Assembly: GCA_025594325.1 (NCBI GenBank)
Contig: JANHCV010000006.1
Location: 248,001 to 312,000 of the forward strand
Source: Blastocladiella emersonii ATCC 22665
Lineage: Eukaryota; Fungi; Blastocladiomycota
Reading direction: 5' to 3'
Length of the DNA stretch: 64,000 nucleotides
Shown in pieces: positions 34,501 to 46,329 of the stretch (positions are counted from its first letter, which is position 1; each line of letters opens with the position of its first letter). Under the pieces are notes generated by a model. It worked only from the letters and a program-made list of their open reading frames with translations. It searched no databases and was not told the DNA's origin. The position numbers and the translations under genes were made by a program.

Positions 34501-37500
34501 AGACGGTGCTCGAGCTCCGCACCCGCATGGAGCCCGAGGCGCTCTACTGGACGTGCTTCTCGCGGTCGCGCGCCGCGTGGAAGGGTAAGGCCATCGGCGC
34601 CGTCCTCGACCTCGTCGCCGCCCAGCGCTCGGTCCTCGCTCGCTCGCCCAACGTCCAGAAGCTGTACACGGCGCTGCACCAGCTCGCCGAGCTCGGCGGC
34701 GCCAACGCCGTCTCGGTCGCGGCCAAGGCCAAGGGTGCCCAGTCGGTCCAGCTCCGCGCCCGCGCGCTGCTGATCGCGATGCAGCTGCCCGGGTTCGACG
34801 AGCGGTACCGCCAGTTCTGTGACGTGACGCGCGCGGTCGCGGCGCTGCCCGAGGCGTCGCCCGCCGCGCACGAGGAGGCCATGAACCTCATCAACTCGCC
34901 CTTCTCCATCTTCGACGTGCTCCCCTCGCTCTTCTACGAGCACGACGTGCCCGCCGTCGACCGCCTCATCGCCCTAGACATGTACGTGCGCCGCGCCTAC
35001 AACACGTACCGCGTCCACGCCGTCAAGAAGCACGACGCGTTCCCCGTCCCGCTCGTCGAGTGGCACTTCCAGTTCCCCGCCCACGATCTGGGGATTGGAA
35101 ACGCGTCGGCCGCGGCCGCCGGCGGGTCGGCCTACGACAACCTGCGCACGGCGTCGGTCTCGGACATGACGCTCATGATCAAGCGCGGCGACCTCGGCCC
35201 AGTCCGCGTCGGCGTCATGGCCGCCGTCCGCGACGCCGCCGAGCTCCAGCAGCACCTGCCCGCGATCCTCGCGCTGTTCCCGCAGGTCAAGGCCAAGAAG
35301 CTCGGGCGCACCGAGCCGTGGCACGTGCTCAACGTCGCGGTCGAGGTGCCCGCGGCCAACGCCGAGGACGACGAGGCCGACGACGGTGCCGACGCCGACG
35401 CGGCGCTGTCGTCGCTGTTTGGGTCGCTGCTCGCGTCGTCGACGGCGGCGCTCCGGTCGCGCGGGATCCGCCGCGTCACCATGGTCGTGTACCGCAAGGG
35501 CCAGTACCCGCGGTACTTCACGTTCCGCGAGCGGCTCGCGTTCGGCGAGGACGCGACGATCCGCAACATCGAGCCGTCGCACGCGTTCCAGCTCGAGCTG
35601 TACCGGCTCGCGCGCTTCAACCTCGTGCCCGTCGCCACGCCCACCAACCGCAGCATCCACGTCTACCACGCCGTCGGCAAGGACAACGCGCTCGACTCGC
35701 GGTTCTTCGTCCGCGCGCTCGTGCGCCCTGGCCGCCTCACGCCCGGCGCCGGGCAGCGGTCGACGGTCGAGTACCTCACGGCCGAGGCCGACGGGATCCT
35801 CACCGACACGCTCAACGCGCTCGAGCTCGCAGCCGAGCGGTTCCCCAACACCGACTGCAACCACCTGTTCCTCAACTTCCTGCCCGAGCTGCCCGTGTCG
35901 CCCGACGAGGTGCAGGACTCGTTCGCCGGGTTCCTGATGCGCCACGGCAAGCGGCTGTGGAAGCTGCGCATCACCAGCGCCGAGATCCGGTTCCTGTGCC
36001 ACCCGCCGACCACCGGCGCCGAGACCACGACGTACCGGTTCTTCGTGTCGAACGTGTCGGGGGTGATCAAGGCCGAGCGGTACCGCGAGGTCAAGGACGA
36101 CCGCGGGCGCGTCGTGCTGCACACCGAGGGCACGTCGTCCGCGTCGGGCAAGGGCGAACACCACCTCGCGCCCGCCGACTGGGCGTACCCGAACAAGGAG
36201 AAGGTGCAGCCCAAGCGGCACCGCGCGCACGTCATGGGCACCACCTACGTCTACGACTACCTCGACCTCGTCCACGAGGCGCTCGCCCAGCAGTGGGCGC
36301 GGTACCCGCACCTCGCGCGGCCCGCCGGCAACCTCGTCGACGCCGTCGAGCTCGTCCTCGGCGAGGACGGCGCCCTGCGCAAGGTCACCCGCCCGATCGG
36401 GTCCAACACGTGCGGCATGGTCGCGTGGCTCGTCGAGATGAAGACGCCCGAGTGCCCGCGCGGCCGGTCCATGGTCCTGATCGCCAACGATATCACCTTC
36501 GCCATCGGGTCGTTCGGCCCGCAGGAGGACGACGTGTTCGCCGCCGCGTCCAAGCTCGCCCGCGAGCTCGGCGTCCCGCGCATCTACGTGTCGGCCAACT
36601 CGGGTGCCCGCATCGGGCTCGCCGACGAGGTCCTCGCCGCGTACCGCATCGCGTGGGTCGACCCGCGCGACCCCGCGCTCGGGTTCAAGTACCTGTACCT
36701 CACGCCCGAGGACTACGACCGCCTGCGCGACTCGGTCACGGTCGAGCGCGTCGTCGACGACGTCACGGGCGAGACGCACATGCGCATCGTCGACGTGATC
36801 GGGATCAAGGACGGGCTCGGCGTCGAGAACCTCATGGGCTCGGGCCTGATCGCCGGCGAGACGTCGGCCGCGTACGACGAGATCTTCACGGCCACGCTCG
36901 TCGCGTGCCGCTCCGTCGGCATCGGCGCGTACCTGGTGCGCCTCGGCCAGCGCGCGATCCAGTGCGACGGCCAGCCCATCATCCTCACGGGCGCCGCGGC
37001 CCTCAACAAAGTGCTCGGCCGCGACGTGTACACGTCGAACCTGCAGCTCGGCGGTGTCCAGATCATGCACCGCAACGGGATCTCGCACCTCACGTGCATC
37101 GACCCGCTGCACGGCGTCGCCCAGATCATCCAGTGGCTCAGCTACGTCCCCGCCCACCGCGGCGCGCCGCTCCCGATCCTCCTGGCGCCCATCAGCAACC
37201 CGGCAACGATTGCGGCCGCGCACCCGGCTTCGGCCTTCTCGACCACGGCGTCCTCGGTCGTCGACGGCGCCGCCGCCGACGCGGCCGCGTCCCAGTTCGA
37301 CGAGGCCGACCGCGACATCGGGTTCGCGCCGACAAAGTCGCCGTACGACCCGCGCCACATGCTGCACGGGCACCACGACGAGTCGGGCGCGTGGGTCGGC
37401 GGGTTCTTCGACCGCGGCTCGTGGATGGAGACCATGGACGGGTGGAGCAAGACGGTCGTCGTCGGCCGCGGCCGTCTCGGCGGAGTCCCCGTCGGCGCGA

Positions 37501-38774
37501 TCGCCGTCGAGACGCGTGCCGTCGAGGCCGTGATCCCCGCCGACCCGGCGAACCCGGACTCGGCCGAGCAGACGGTCGTCGAGCCGCCCGGCGTGTGGAC
37601 GCCGGCGTCCGCGTACAAGACGGCGCAGGCGATCCGCGACCTCGGCCGCGAGGGTCTCCCGCTGCTCATCTTCGCCAACTGGCGCGGGTTCTCGGGCGGC
37701 CAGCGCGACATGTTCGACGCCATCCTCAAGTTCGGCAGCTACATCGTCGACGCCCTGCGCACCTACCCGCGGCCCGTGTTCGTCTACATTGTCCCGCACG
37801 GCGAGCTGCGCGGCGGCGCCTGGGTCGTCCTCGACCCGTCGATCCACCAGAGCGGCGGCATGGAAATGTACGCCGACGCGACCGCCCGCGGCGGCGTCCT
37901 CGAGCCCGAGGGCATGGTCGAGATCAAGTACCGCAAGCCCCAGCTGCTCAACACGATCGACCGCCTCGACGACGACTGCCGCCGCTGGAAGTCCAAGCTC
38001 GCGCCCGCGGCTGCTGGTGCCGCCGCCGCTGACGCCAAGTCGGCCGGCGACGCCGCTACGCCCAAGAAGCACGACTCGGCGACCAGTCTCGCGACGGTCG
38101 GCACCACCGCCGCCACGGCGTCGACGGCGTCGTCGGACTCGGACGACGAGAACCCCGCGGCGACGCGCGCGGCGCTGCAGGCGCAGCTCCAGTCGCGCCA
38201 GGAGTCGCTGCTGCCCGTGTACCACCAGGCCGCGCTCAAGTTCGCCGACCTGCACGACACGCCCGGGCGCATGAAGGCCAAGGGCGCGGTGCGCGCCGTG
38301 CTCGAGTGGACCCGCGCCCGCGCCTTCTTCCACTGGCGCATCCGCCGCCGCATCGCCGAGGACCGTCTGCGCGACCGCGTCCGCGCCGCGTCGCCTGATC
38401 TCGCGCGCGGCGACGTCGACGCGCTGATCCGCGCGTGGTTCAACGAGGCCCACGCCAATACCGCCGTGAACTGGGACGAGGACAACGTCGTCGTCGCCAA
38501 GTGGCTCGAGGCCGCCGAGGCCGAGGCGGGTACGACCGCGGAACCCGCGTCCGTCGCCGCCAAGGTCCAGGCCAGCATCGACGCGCTCGAGGTCGCGCAC
38601 CTCGGCGCCCTCGTCGCTAAGATTCTCCGCGACAAGCCCCAGGCCGCCGTCGCGGGGCTTGCCCAGGCGCTGCTCGGCGGCGGCGCTGCGGGCGCGGCCG
38701 CGCCCCAGCAGGGCATGGCATCCGCGCTCGCGTCGTTCGCGCAGCTCGCCACGGTGCTTCGCCCGGCCCAGTAG
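31558..38774 (+). CDS. ACC1: Acetyl-CoA carboxylase (BC-BCCP-central-CT), 3 exons, ~2353 aa
   Basis: Exons 31558-31681, 31762-32288 and 32364-38774 join in frame. Motifs: VLIANNGIAAVKEIRS, IKASEGGGGKGIR, ELNPRLQVEHP, the biotinyl EVMKM (Lys codon 33816-33818), ANSGARIG, FANWRGFSGGQRDMF and GGVLEPEG. Confidence 0.98.
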
Positions 38775-40193
38775 ATGGATGATGTTGAGTTTGAATTTTC
38801 GTATATGGTTTTGCGTGTTTGTTCTCCACATCGTTGACTCGTGTTGTCCTTGATCTGCGTGCCGAGAAAGGAGGCGAAGTTCGCGAGACTTTGACGATGG
38901 CCGTGATCGCTCACGATGGCCATGGTCGCGCAGCTTGCTCGAGATGCGGAACACAACGAACACCTCGAGGGCGGTGCGGTAGACCTTTCCAGCGACCCGT
39001 CTGCATGAGCGGCGTCTAGTTTCTATCGCGCCCGGACCAATTACGGTCGCGCATCCTTTTGTGAGACGACTACAGAGACTTGAGAGCAGCGGTGGTGAGG
39101 GCGAAAATGGGACGAGATGCGATCAAATCAACGCGTGGACATCGCGGTTGAGGGTCACGCTGAGTTTGGACTGCTGTTCGTGCAGCAAACAACTTGCCCT
39201 ACAGTTCAACGTTACCATATTCCCGTCGATTGATCATGTAATCAATCGCGATCAAACTAGTTCACGGGTGCTCACGACCCTTGACCGCTCGATCAAACGA
39301 AAGTAGTCGTAGCCGTCCTCCCACGTTTGCACTCCCTGATTCTTGGGTTCCCTGGTTCAGCTTACCAGTGGTAGCTAGCCGCGACCGACGTCGTTGTCGA
39401 CGAGCCGCCCGTCAACGACGCGATGCGTTTCCGCTTCCGCGGCGCGGCGAGGGGCGCGGTCCTTGCTTCGTTGGACTGTATCGTCGGAAGAGTAGCGCTT
39501 GATGGACTCGGCTCAGGGTCGGGCTCGGGGTGCGGCTCCATCACCGCAATCTGCGAGGAACTGCTGGGCGGGAGCCACGCGTACCCTGCGACCTGCTCGA
39601 CAACGACCGGTACTCCGCCACACACGCTCGCCGTTACCGCGCGCACCTCGTCGTGCGGTAGGTGTACACGTGCAACTCGGCGCGTGCGTGGCCGTGTACC
39701 TGGGCGCAACGCACGCCACGACGGTGAGACGGACCGCGACCTTGACCGGGTTCGCGGTGAGCGCGGAGTGCGCCATGCCGAAGTCGGTGCGGCCGTTGAC
39801 GACGGGGAGCGCAAGCGCCTTGAGCCGCGGCTCGTGCGCAGGATCCACACGACGAGCCACGCGGGGCCTGACATTCATGAGCATTTTGAGCTACCAGGCC
39901 ATCTTCCGATAGCTACGCTGACGCACGAGGTCCAATCGCCTTACACGAAACGGGGTTTCGTTCGCGTCGTTCATAACACGTGTGTCCGTGACGTCACCGT
40001 GATCGTAGGGCCGGCACGCTCGAAAGGTTCGCAAAGCGCGGGATCTTGTAACCGATGAATATAACGCTTGAGAACTGAAGCGTGTAGAGAGGGTCTATCG
40101 AGGCTAAGGGAAACGGCAGGGGTGAGTCAGCGGGCGGGAGGCGTTTGGCTTCGCGGGACATCTTCAGTCTCCGCGCTCCCTCCACCCAATGCA

Positions 40194-43100
40194 ATGCCAA
40201 GCTCCATGAAATCAAAGATGAAAGCTAATGCAAAAGGCGCGCCAACCTCGACGGCCTTCCACGAGCGGGCCGGCGCGCCGCGTCCGCTGGGTCCAGAACC
40301 CGCGGCTGCCGATCCGTCCCCGCTTCCTCAACCGCCCTTGACCTGCAGCTCATCGATCTTCGGTGAGCAGTTCGAGGAGTACACGCCGTACCGCTACAAC
40401 AGTCCGCGCGATCTCTTTCTCTTCCATAATCCGCGCCAGGAGGCCGAGCTCACAGCGCTCGTGTGCGGTGGCAGCGACATGGGCGATCTCGTCCGCACCC
40501 TTGACGATTATCGCTTCAAGCGGGGCACGGCTCCGCTCTCGTTTCTTCTCAATGCCGAGCGTCCCGAGGTGATTGCGCGGAACATGCTCCTTTTCCACGC
40601 GATGGAACACGTCGATCCAATGACGTGTGCGATTTACATTATGCAGCTGTGGTACTCGCTGCTTCTCGAGCCTGCGGCTCGCAATTTTTGGAACGACCAG
40701 ATGCGCGCGTGTTTGGCCAAAGACTGGCTCAACGTGCCCAAAGACGCATTCGTGCGCGTGCTCAATGAGCAGACGTTGCGCGCCGTGTGTAACGGAGCGC
40801 CCGGGGAGGGCCGAATACACGATGACTAGCGAACAAGGATGTATGTGGTTGAACAGCAGGGAGCGAGAACAGAGTGCGAGCGAGCGGCGGCTCAACAATC
40901 CGAGACGTCACGGCGCACGTGCCAAACGCGCACGTGACACCGTGCGCCACTGCTGGCAGCCCTGGCTCGACGCGGATTGGACTCCTGACACGCTCTACGC
41001 TCAGCGCGAGCACTATTATCGGTCGAACCCGATTCCTGGTATCCGGGACTCGACGCCCGCCGTTCTTGCCAAACGCTTTATGATGCAGATGGAGGCGCGA
41101 TACCGCGGCCAGCTCTATGGCTCTGAAATCGCGCATCTATGGTGCTATGCCGAGCGTCACGCCGAGGACGGCGTTTACCTTGTCCATCCTCGCGATCGCC
41201 ACCCATACGAGAAGCACGGTTACCATGCCCGTCCAGGGAGCGAAGCGGCGCTCTTGTTTTCGCCGCCCGAAGTCAACCCAACAATGTTACTTGTGCGCAG
41301 TGACGGCTCACTCTACTACGCCTTGCCTGGCGGCAATTTTCCGTTCGACGCAACCAGCATCACGATGGATTCCCGCTCGAATTCCTACTTGATTGTCTAA
41401 AAAGTCACCAATTGGTTGGTGACGCTTCGGCTTGCGCTGACCGAATCCTCTGGCCGCCTGCGCATCACGTTTGCTTCCGGGCACCCGCTGGCCCTCATGG
41501 AGGATCTTGCGGCGGATTCGACCATGCGCTTTGACGTGGTCGACGCACCCGACTTCATGCCAAACTGCGTGCTCCTGGGTGTTTTGATTCACGGCGGAGT
41601 TTTGCTCAAATCCAGCGAAGACAAGTGGCAGCGCTCCTTGCTCCTCACGTACACGACTCAAAGTTCGATGGATGCTTGCTCACCCGGCGAACTTCTCCTC
41701 AAATCAACGGGACTCGAGCACGAGGCTTTTGCTACGCTTCTTGGCGTCCAACTGTCTGAACTTCCGAGCGAAGACAGCCCGATGACGTACGTCCAAAACT
41801 TTGCTTGGTCAAACGAGCAGCGTCGGAATACGCGCGTCAAGTACTTGACCTTCTACAAGCTGCGCGTGCCGACCATTCCCATCGCCTTGGCCAAATCGCC
41901 ATATCTTTGCGACGCGCTTCGCAAGTGCATGTCCCATTTGTATACCTTGCCTATGGGTACGTCACATTGAACACGCGTAAGTCGCAGCCCCCCGCTCACT
42001 CGCGCCAACGTGTACTAGTGGATACCATGCGCACGAGTGTCTTGTTCTCCAAGCTTCTTGCAAACGCCTTTGCAGCTGGTCGTCTTGTTGCCAGTGGGTC
42101 TACGCCGGCTTTGACACTGCCTTGGCCGGGCTTGGAGGTTGTGCGCCGAATCCTTTCGCCTTCCGATGCCAAAACGACCCATTCGCATGCAAACTTGCGG
42201 CAGCATCACAACAAGGCGATGCAATGTCCCGTCCTTTACGGCTTCTCTTCCAATACTGTTCAGGACATCTACCGCGCGGACATTTCGGTTTCCCTTGACA
42301 TCCATGCCGTTCCTGACCCGTCCTTCATTTTGGTCGAAGTGGTCAGCCTGCAGGGTGGGACGCAGGTGTACGAAAGCCTGACGGTCAACCTGGATCATGT
42401 CCGTTCGCGCATCAATGTCACTTTTTACCCGTCGGCCGCGTTCGCCAAGGGTCTGGGGCTGAAGTTTGGTGTGATCCGCGTGTTCCCCACATCATCGCGG
42501 CCGCGCAAGCTCCTTGGCGGACGCCATTTTTCGCTCGCTGAGATTTCCGTTTCGCAGCTTCCAGCTGACGCTTTCTTTGCGCCGCTGCGCGGTATCATGG
42601 CGTCCCGTCCACCCGCTCCTCCTTCGATGCAGTCTCTGTCGCTTCCCGTGCTTTACGCTGCCAAGACCAAGCCTAAAACGGTAGAGCTGGTGCTTGCGCT
42701 CCCGCGGGGCAAGGAAAAATCAATCAAGCTCACGCCAGCCCCGTCGGATACTTACGTCGACGCACCTGGTTCTGCCGCCCTTCTCGTTGACGGAAAGAGC
42801 CAGATCATGCGCGTACCGGGACCCGTGTACCTCGACAAGGTGCTTTCCTCACGCAAACAGGGCCGCGCGACCGTCCGATTCACTCGCATTCTCTCAACTA
42901 CTTTTCCGCTTGCTGGTATCGCTGGAAGCCCGCCGCGTATTGGCCGCGCTCGGGAGCTTCTGCATGTCTATGAGCCTGAGATCCTCATCGCTGCTACTTC
43001 GCTTGAGGTCGCGATCATGGACCTGGAATTGCCAACGGCAAGAACACCACGCCCGATTCCACGTCGGCTCGTGGCCAATTGTGGGATTCGCATTGTCAAG

Positions 43101-43634
43101 TACATCTTCGACTTCTTCATGCTGTCAGGCGCGCGCATCGTCGAGGTCAAGCATGAGCGCGACGGGCTATTCGGCGTGCTTATTTTCAACACGCTTCGCC
43201 TGATTCTTCCACACGGACCTGGTACCGAGGGGACGCTGGTCCTTGAGGGCTCTATGGCGTTTGACCCCTCGTTTGGCCGTGATCCTGCGCAAAAGCATCT
43301 GATCCCGATGTTCGCTGATGCTCGCCGCCATTTTACCGGCCAAGGTCAAGACAGCACTTCTTACACGACGTTCATGGAAACTCTCACGCTGTCTACGGAC
43401 GAGCTTGACTTTTTCATGGAGTACGTCGCCTGCGCGGCCCTTTCCACGCCAGCAGCTCCTGACACTTGTGCGGAGGATCCACGTTTCAATGCGCGGTACT
43501 ACGAGAAGCTGGCGCCCGAGCTCAAACCAGCTTTCTTCCTGCCGCTCTTCCCGATTTGCGGTCGGGAAAACCTGGGGCCTTGTGCGCGCGCGTTTCTCAA
43601 CACCCAGGTCTGTGAGCGGCTTCCCCGCCAATAA
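40194..43634 (+). pseudogene. DUF4470-family protein, copy 1, disrupted by a solo LTR and an in-frame stop
   Basis: DUF4470-like LVCGGSDMGDLVRTL..EVIARNMLLF..QLWYSLLL is present. There is an insertion at 40788-40939. A TAA at 41398-41400 falls inside a segment that is open in copy 2. The intron 41957-42018 is at the same position as in copy 2. Confidence 0.75.
40788..40939. mobile_element. Solo LTR (152 bp) with 5-bp target-site duplication CCGTG
   Basis: It starts TGTAACG and ends CGTGACA (TG..CA, 6/7 inverted match). CCGTG flanks it at 40783-40787 and 40940-40944. Removing the insert plus one TSD restores ..EQTLRAVRHCWQPW.. in frame. Confidence 0.85.
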
Positions 43635-43866
43635 AGTATGACCGATGTTTTTGTTCAAACTCGATCGCGAACTTGATGTGAAAGCGGCGTGGTGAGGCGA
43701 CGCAGTAAACGTGGGGCCGCCCGTGTGTGGCGCAACGCGTCGACTGCGCCACAACGCACTTGTCGACGAACGTCAATCATCGATTGTCCACCCTAAAACT
43801 CGTTAATCTTACCGAAACAAGTCTATTTATAAGCACAAAAATCACAGGTTTACCTCTTCTTTAACC

Positions 43867-45684
43867 CTACGCCCGTATTGACCGAGGGCGAACGTGAGTG
43901 ATCTTGGGAAGCCACCGCGGGTGCTTTTCAGCGAGCGCGAGCAGAACGTTGTTGACAAACACGTTGCGTGAACGACCTTTTACAAAGTCGGCCACCACGG
44001 CCGCATTCTCGCACTTGAAGAACGCGTTGTAGTTGTTGAGTTCCATGGTTTTCGCGAGCGCCATGGCCTCGAGTAACAGTACGTTGGTGTCACGATCTGA
44101 GAGCGGGATGTGATGATAGCCGCCAGACGCGCTTTGCGCCAGGATTTCATGAGGCAACACGACGCCACGACGAGTGTGTGCAGCGACCGGCTGCGAAGTA
44201 ATCCACCGTCGCGACCAACCGCAAAGAGTAATCCGGACCCGGCGGGCTTGGCGCGGTTGGGAAGGGTCAAAATTGGCGAGATGGTGAACGAGCGGCAAGA
44301 GACATGCACGGCCGTACGGGAAGATGGTAGAAACGTGGTCAAGAAAGCCAAGAATTTGCACTGCGGTCGAGTGTGTGTGAGGCACGGTTGGTAAAAGTCG
44401 CATGAGCTCTTTGGCGATCTCAAGCTTGGCCTCGGTCACTCGCACTGCAAGGTGGTCGCTGCGACACTCAAACTCGTAGCCAATCCAAGCCGTCTGCTGC
44501 TTGAAAGCAGTGTCCGACTTTTTCTTGTTGATGCGGAGACCAAATGCCTCGAGCTGAGCCAGGACCTTGCCGAACAGCTGTGCATGCTGGTCGCGAGGCA
44601 AATTGGTCGTGATAAGAAAGTCGTCGACGTAAATGAAGACACCGTCAATTCCGGGAATGCGCATGAGAATGTTTCTGACGTGCTTGAGCACGGTGGCAAG
44701 CAACCACGGACTGATGCGCAGCCCCATGGTGGATCGAGTGAACTCGTAGTGGACACCGCGGTAAGTGAAGCCCCAGTGCCTCGACGTCGGGTGCAGCGGG
44801 ACGTGGTGCATGGCGTTGGACAAGTCGATGGATGCGAGGCCCGTGACCCCTCGCCCGCGAGTGAGGCGAAGAACGTCGGCGGCCTGCGGGATGCGGTACT
44901 TGGGCGGTTTGCCAGAAGCGGGATGTGCGAGCTTGGCGTTGATGAGCAGCCGAGGTTTTGCGGGATCGTCGCGCTTGGGGATCAACATCAGCGGGACCGA
45001 CGCAGTGCAAGGCGACGGGACGAGACGCGCGATCCCCGTGTCGACTAAGTGTGCGACGACGTGATCCATGTCCGCAGAAGGCCGAGTTTCAATAAAGCAC
45101 GCGCTCTCGGGCGGATGGACCATGGCGCCGTCCTTGATCCAATCGACGATCATAGAGCGAGCTCCGGTGCGCTCGAACTCAGCGGAACAGAGGATTCCAC
45201 CGCGCAAGTCCAACTGCGACATGTCATAGTTGCTGGTCTCAGGCTGCTGGTGCTGAGAGAGTAGTGCGAGACCATCGAGAAGCTCCTCGGTTTCAGTGTC
45301 GATCGCAAACAAACCGTTGTCGCCAAGCTCGTTTAAAAGTCTCTGTACGTCGCGACAAGTCACAGGCGCATCAATCTCATATGTGTCGGCCTCGAGGTCA
45401 AAGTCGCGTAGCACATCGTTAGCGGCCTCCGTTGACTGAGCAACATCGCCAGCTTCTGTACACAGTGGTGGCGATCGAGGCTCACCTCGCGAGAGGTCGC
45501 AAGAGCTAACCGCACCCGGTGGCGCACGTGAAGAAGGCCGATCGCGGAGGATGCGGGAGCAGGAAAGCAGATGGTCCGCAGTTTCAAGCGGTTGTTGAAC
45601 TTCGTTGCCGCCTGGCTGTTGGCAACACCTTTGTTGGTTGAGCAAGAAAACGCTGTTCCGCGATTTAGACTTCATGGCGATCAT
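43867..45684 (-). mobile_element. Reverse transcriptase/RNase H ORF of a DIRS-order (tyrosine-recombinase) retrotransposon
   Basis: RT motifs: IVDWIKDGA, LIPKRDDPAKPRLLIN, SIDLSNAMHHVPL, MGLRISP, YVDD (44620-44631), FGLRINKKKS..WIG and ILGFLDHV..PYGR. A degenerate RNase H reads LLLEAMAL..ENAAVV..KGRSRN..ITHV. Confidence 0.8.
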
Positions 45685-45741
45685 ACGACGTGGATGTAGA
45701 GAGCGCAGTTGGAGCGAGACGTGTTGGCGATTTCAAATAAA

Positions 45742-45777
45742 GTGCGGCGGTGCGGCGGTGCGGCGGTGCGGCGGTGC
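45742..45777. repeat. 8-bp tandem repeat (GTGCGGCG)4.5
   Basis: Read directly from the sequence, just upstream of the RT ORF. Confidence 0.9.
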
Positions 45778-46329
45778 TGGCGCTAAACTGTCCACCTGTC
45801 TCGTGAGTGGCGCCTAAAACAGATGAGTCGACACTACACGCGGCTGTGCCCGCGGGTTGCGTAGCACAGGTGTTGCATTCGAACTTCAGTTGAAGACTCA
45901 CACTCAATTGAATGCATCTCCCGGTGGAACGTATCGTACTCAGGCGCGCGAGAAGCAAAGTCGTAATCGTGGGTTACATCGAACTGCATCCCGCCTGCAC
46001 TACTTGGTGTCGTTTAACAGCTCGTCTTTCTTTCTGTCACTTGCAGGGAGTTAAAAGAAATCATCTGGTGCTGGATGTCGTGCAGGAGAGACGCAAAGTG
46101 AAAGGTCGGGCCACCGCCGATCCCGCTTTGGATCACCTGACCGCGTTGCGCCACTCGATCGCACGCGTTTCGGCAGCCGCGTTTCCTTCGCCCACACCCC
46201 ATACCGTCCAAACGAACGCAAACAAACCAAAAAGAAGGTTTTAGGAGTGGAGAGAAGCCTGCTGTAGACCCGGTACCCACTTTCAGCAACGGTTCCTCCG
46301 CGATCAACAAGAGTCGATCGCACCCAATT

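Noticed and set aside
39362-39912. Short ORFs between ACC1 and DUF4470 copy 1
   Set aside because: Several overlapping frames of similar length show no recognisable motif or supported splice structure, so they are left unannotated.
43726-43765. Hairpin plus CTTG as a Helitron 3' end carrying the DUF4470 gene
   Set aside because: The terminus is CTTG rather than CTRR and the spacing is only ~5 nt. The copy 3 equivalent has CTAG followed by C rather than T.
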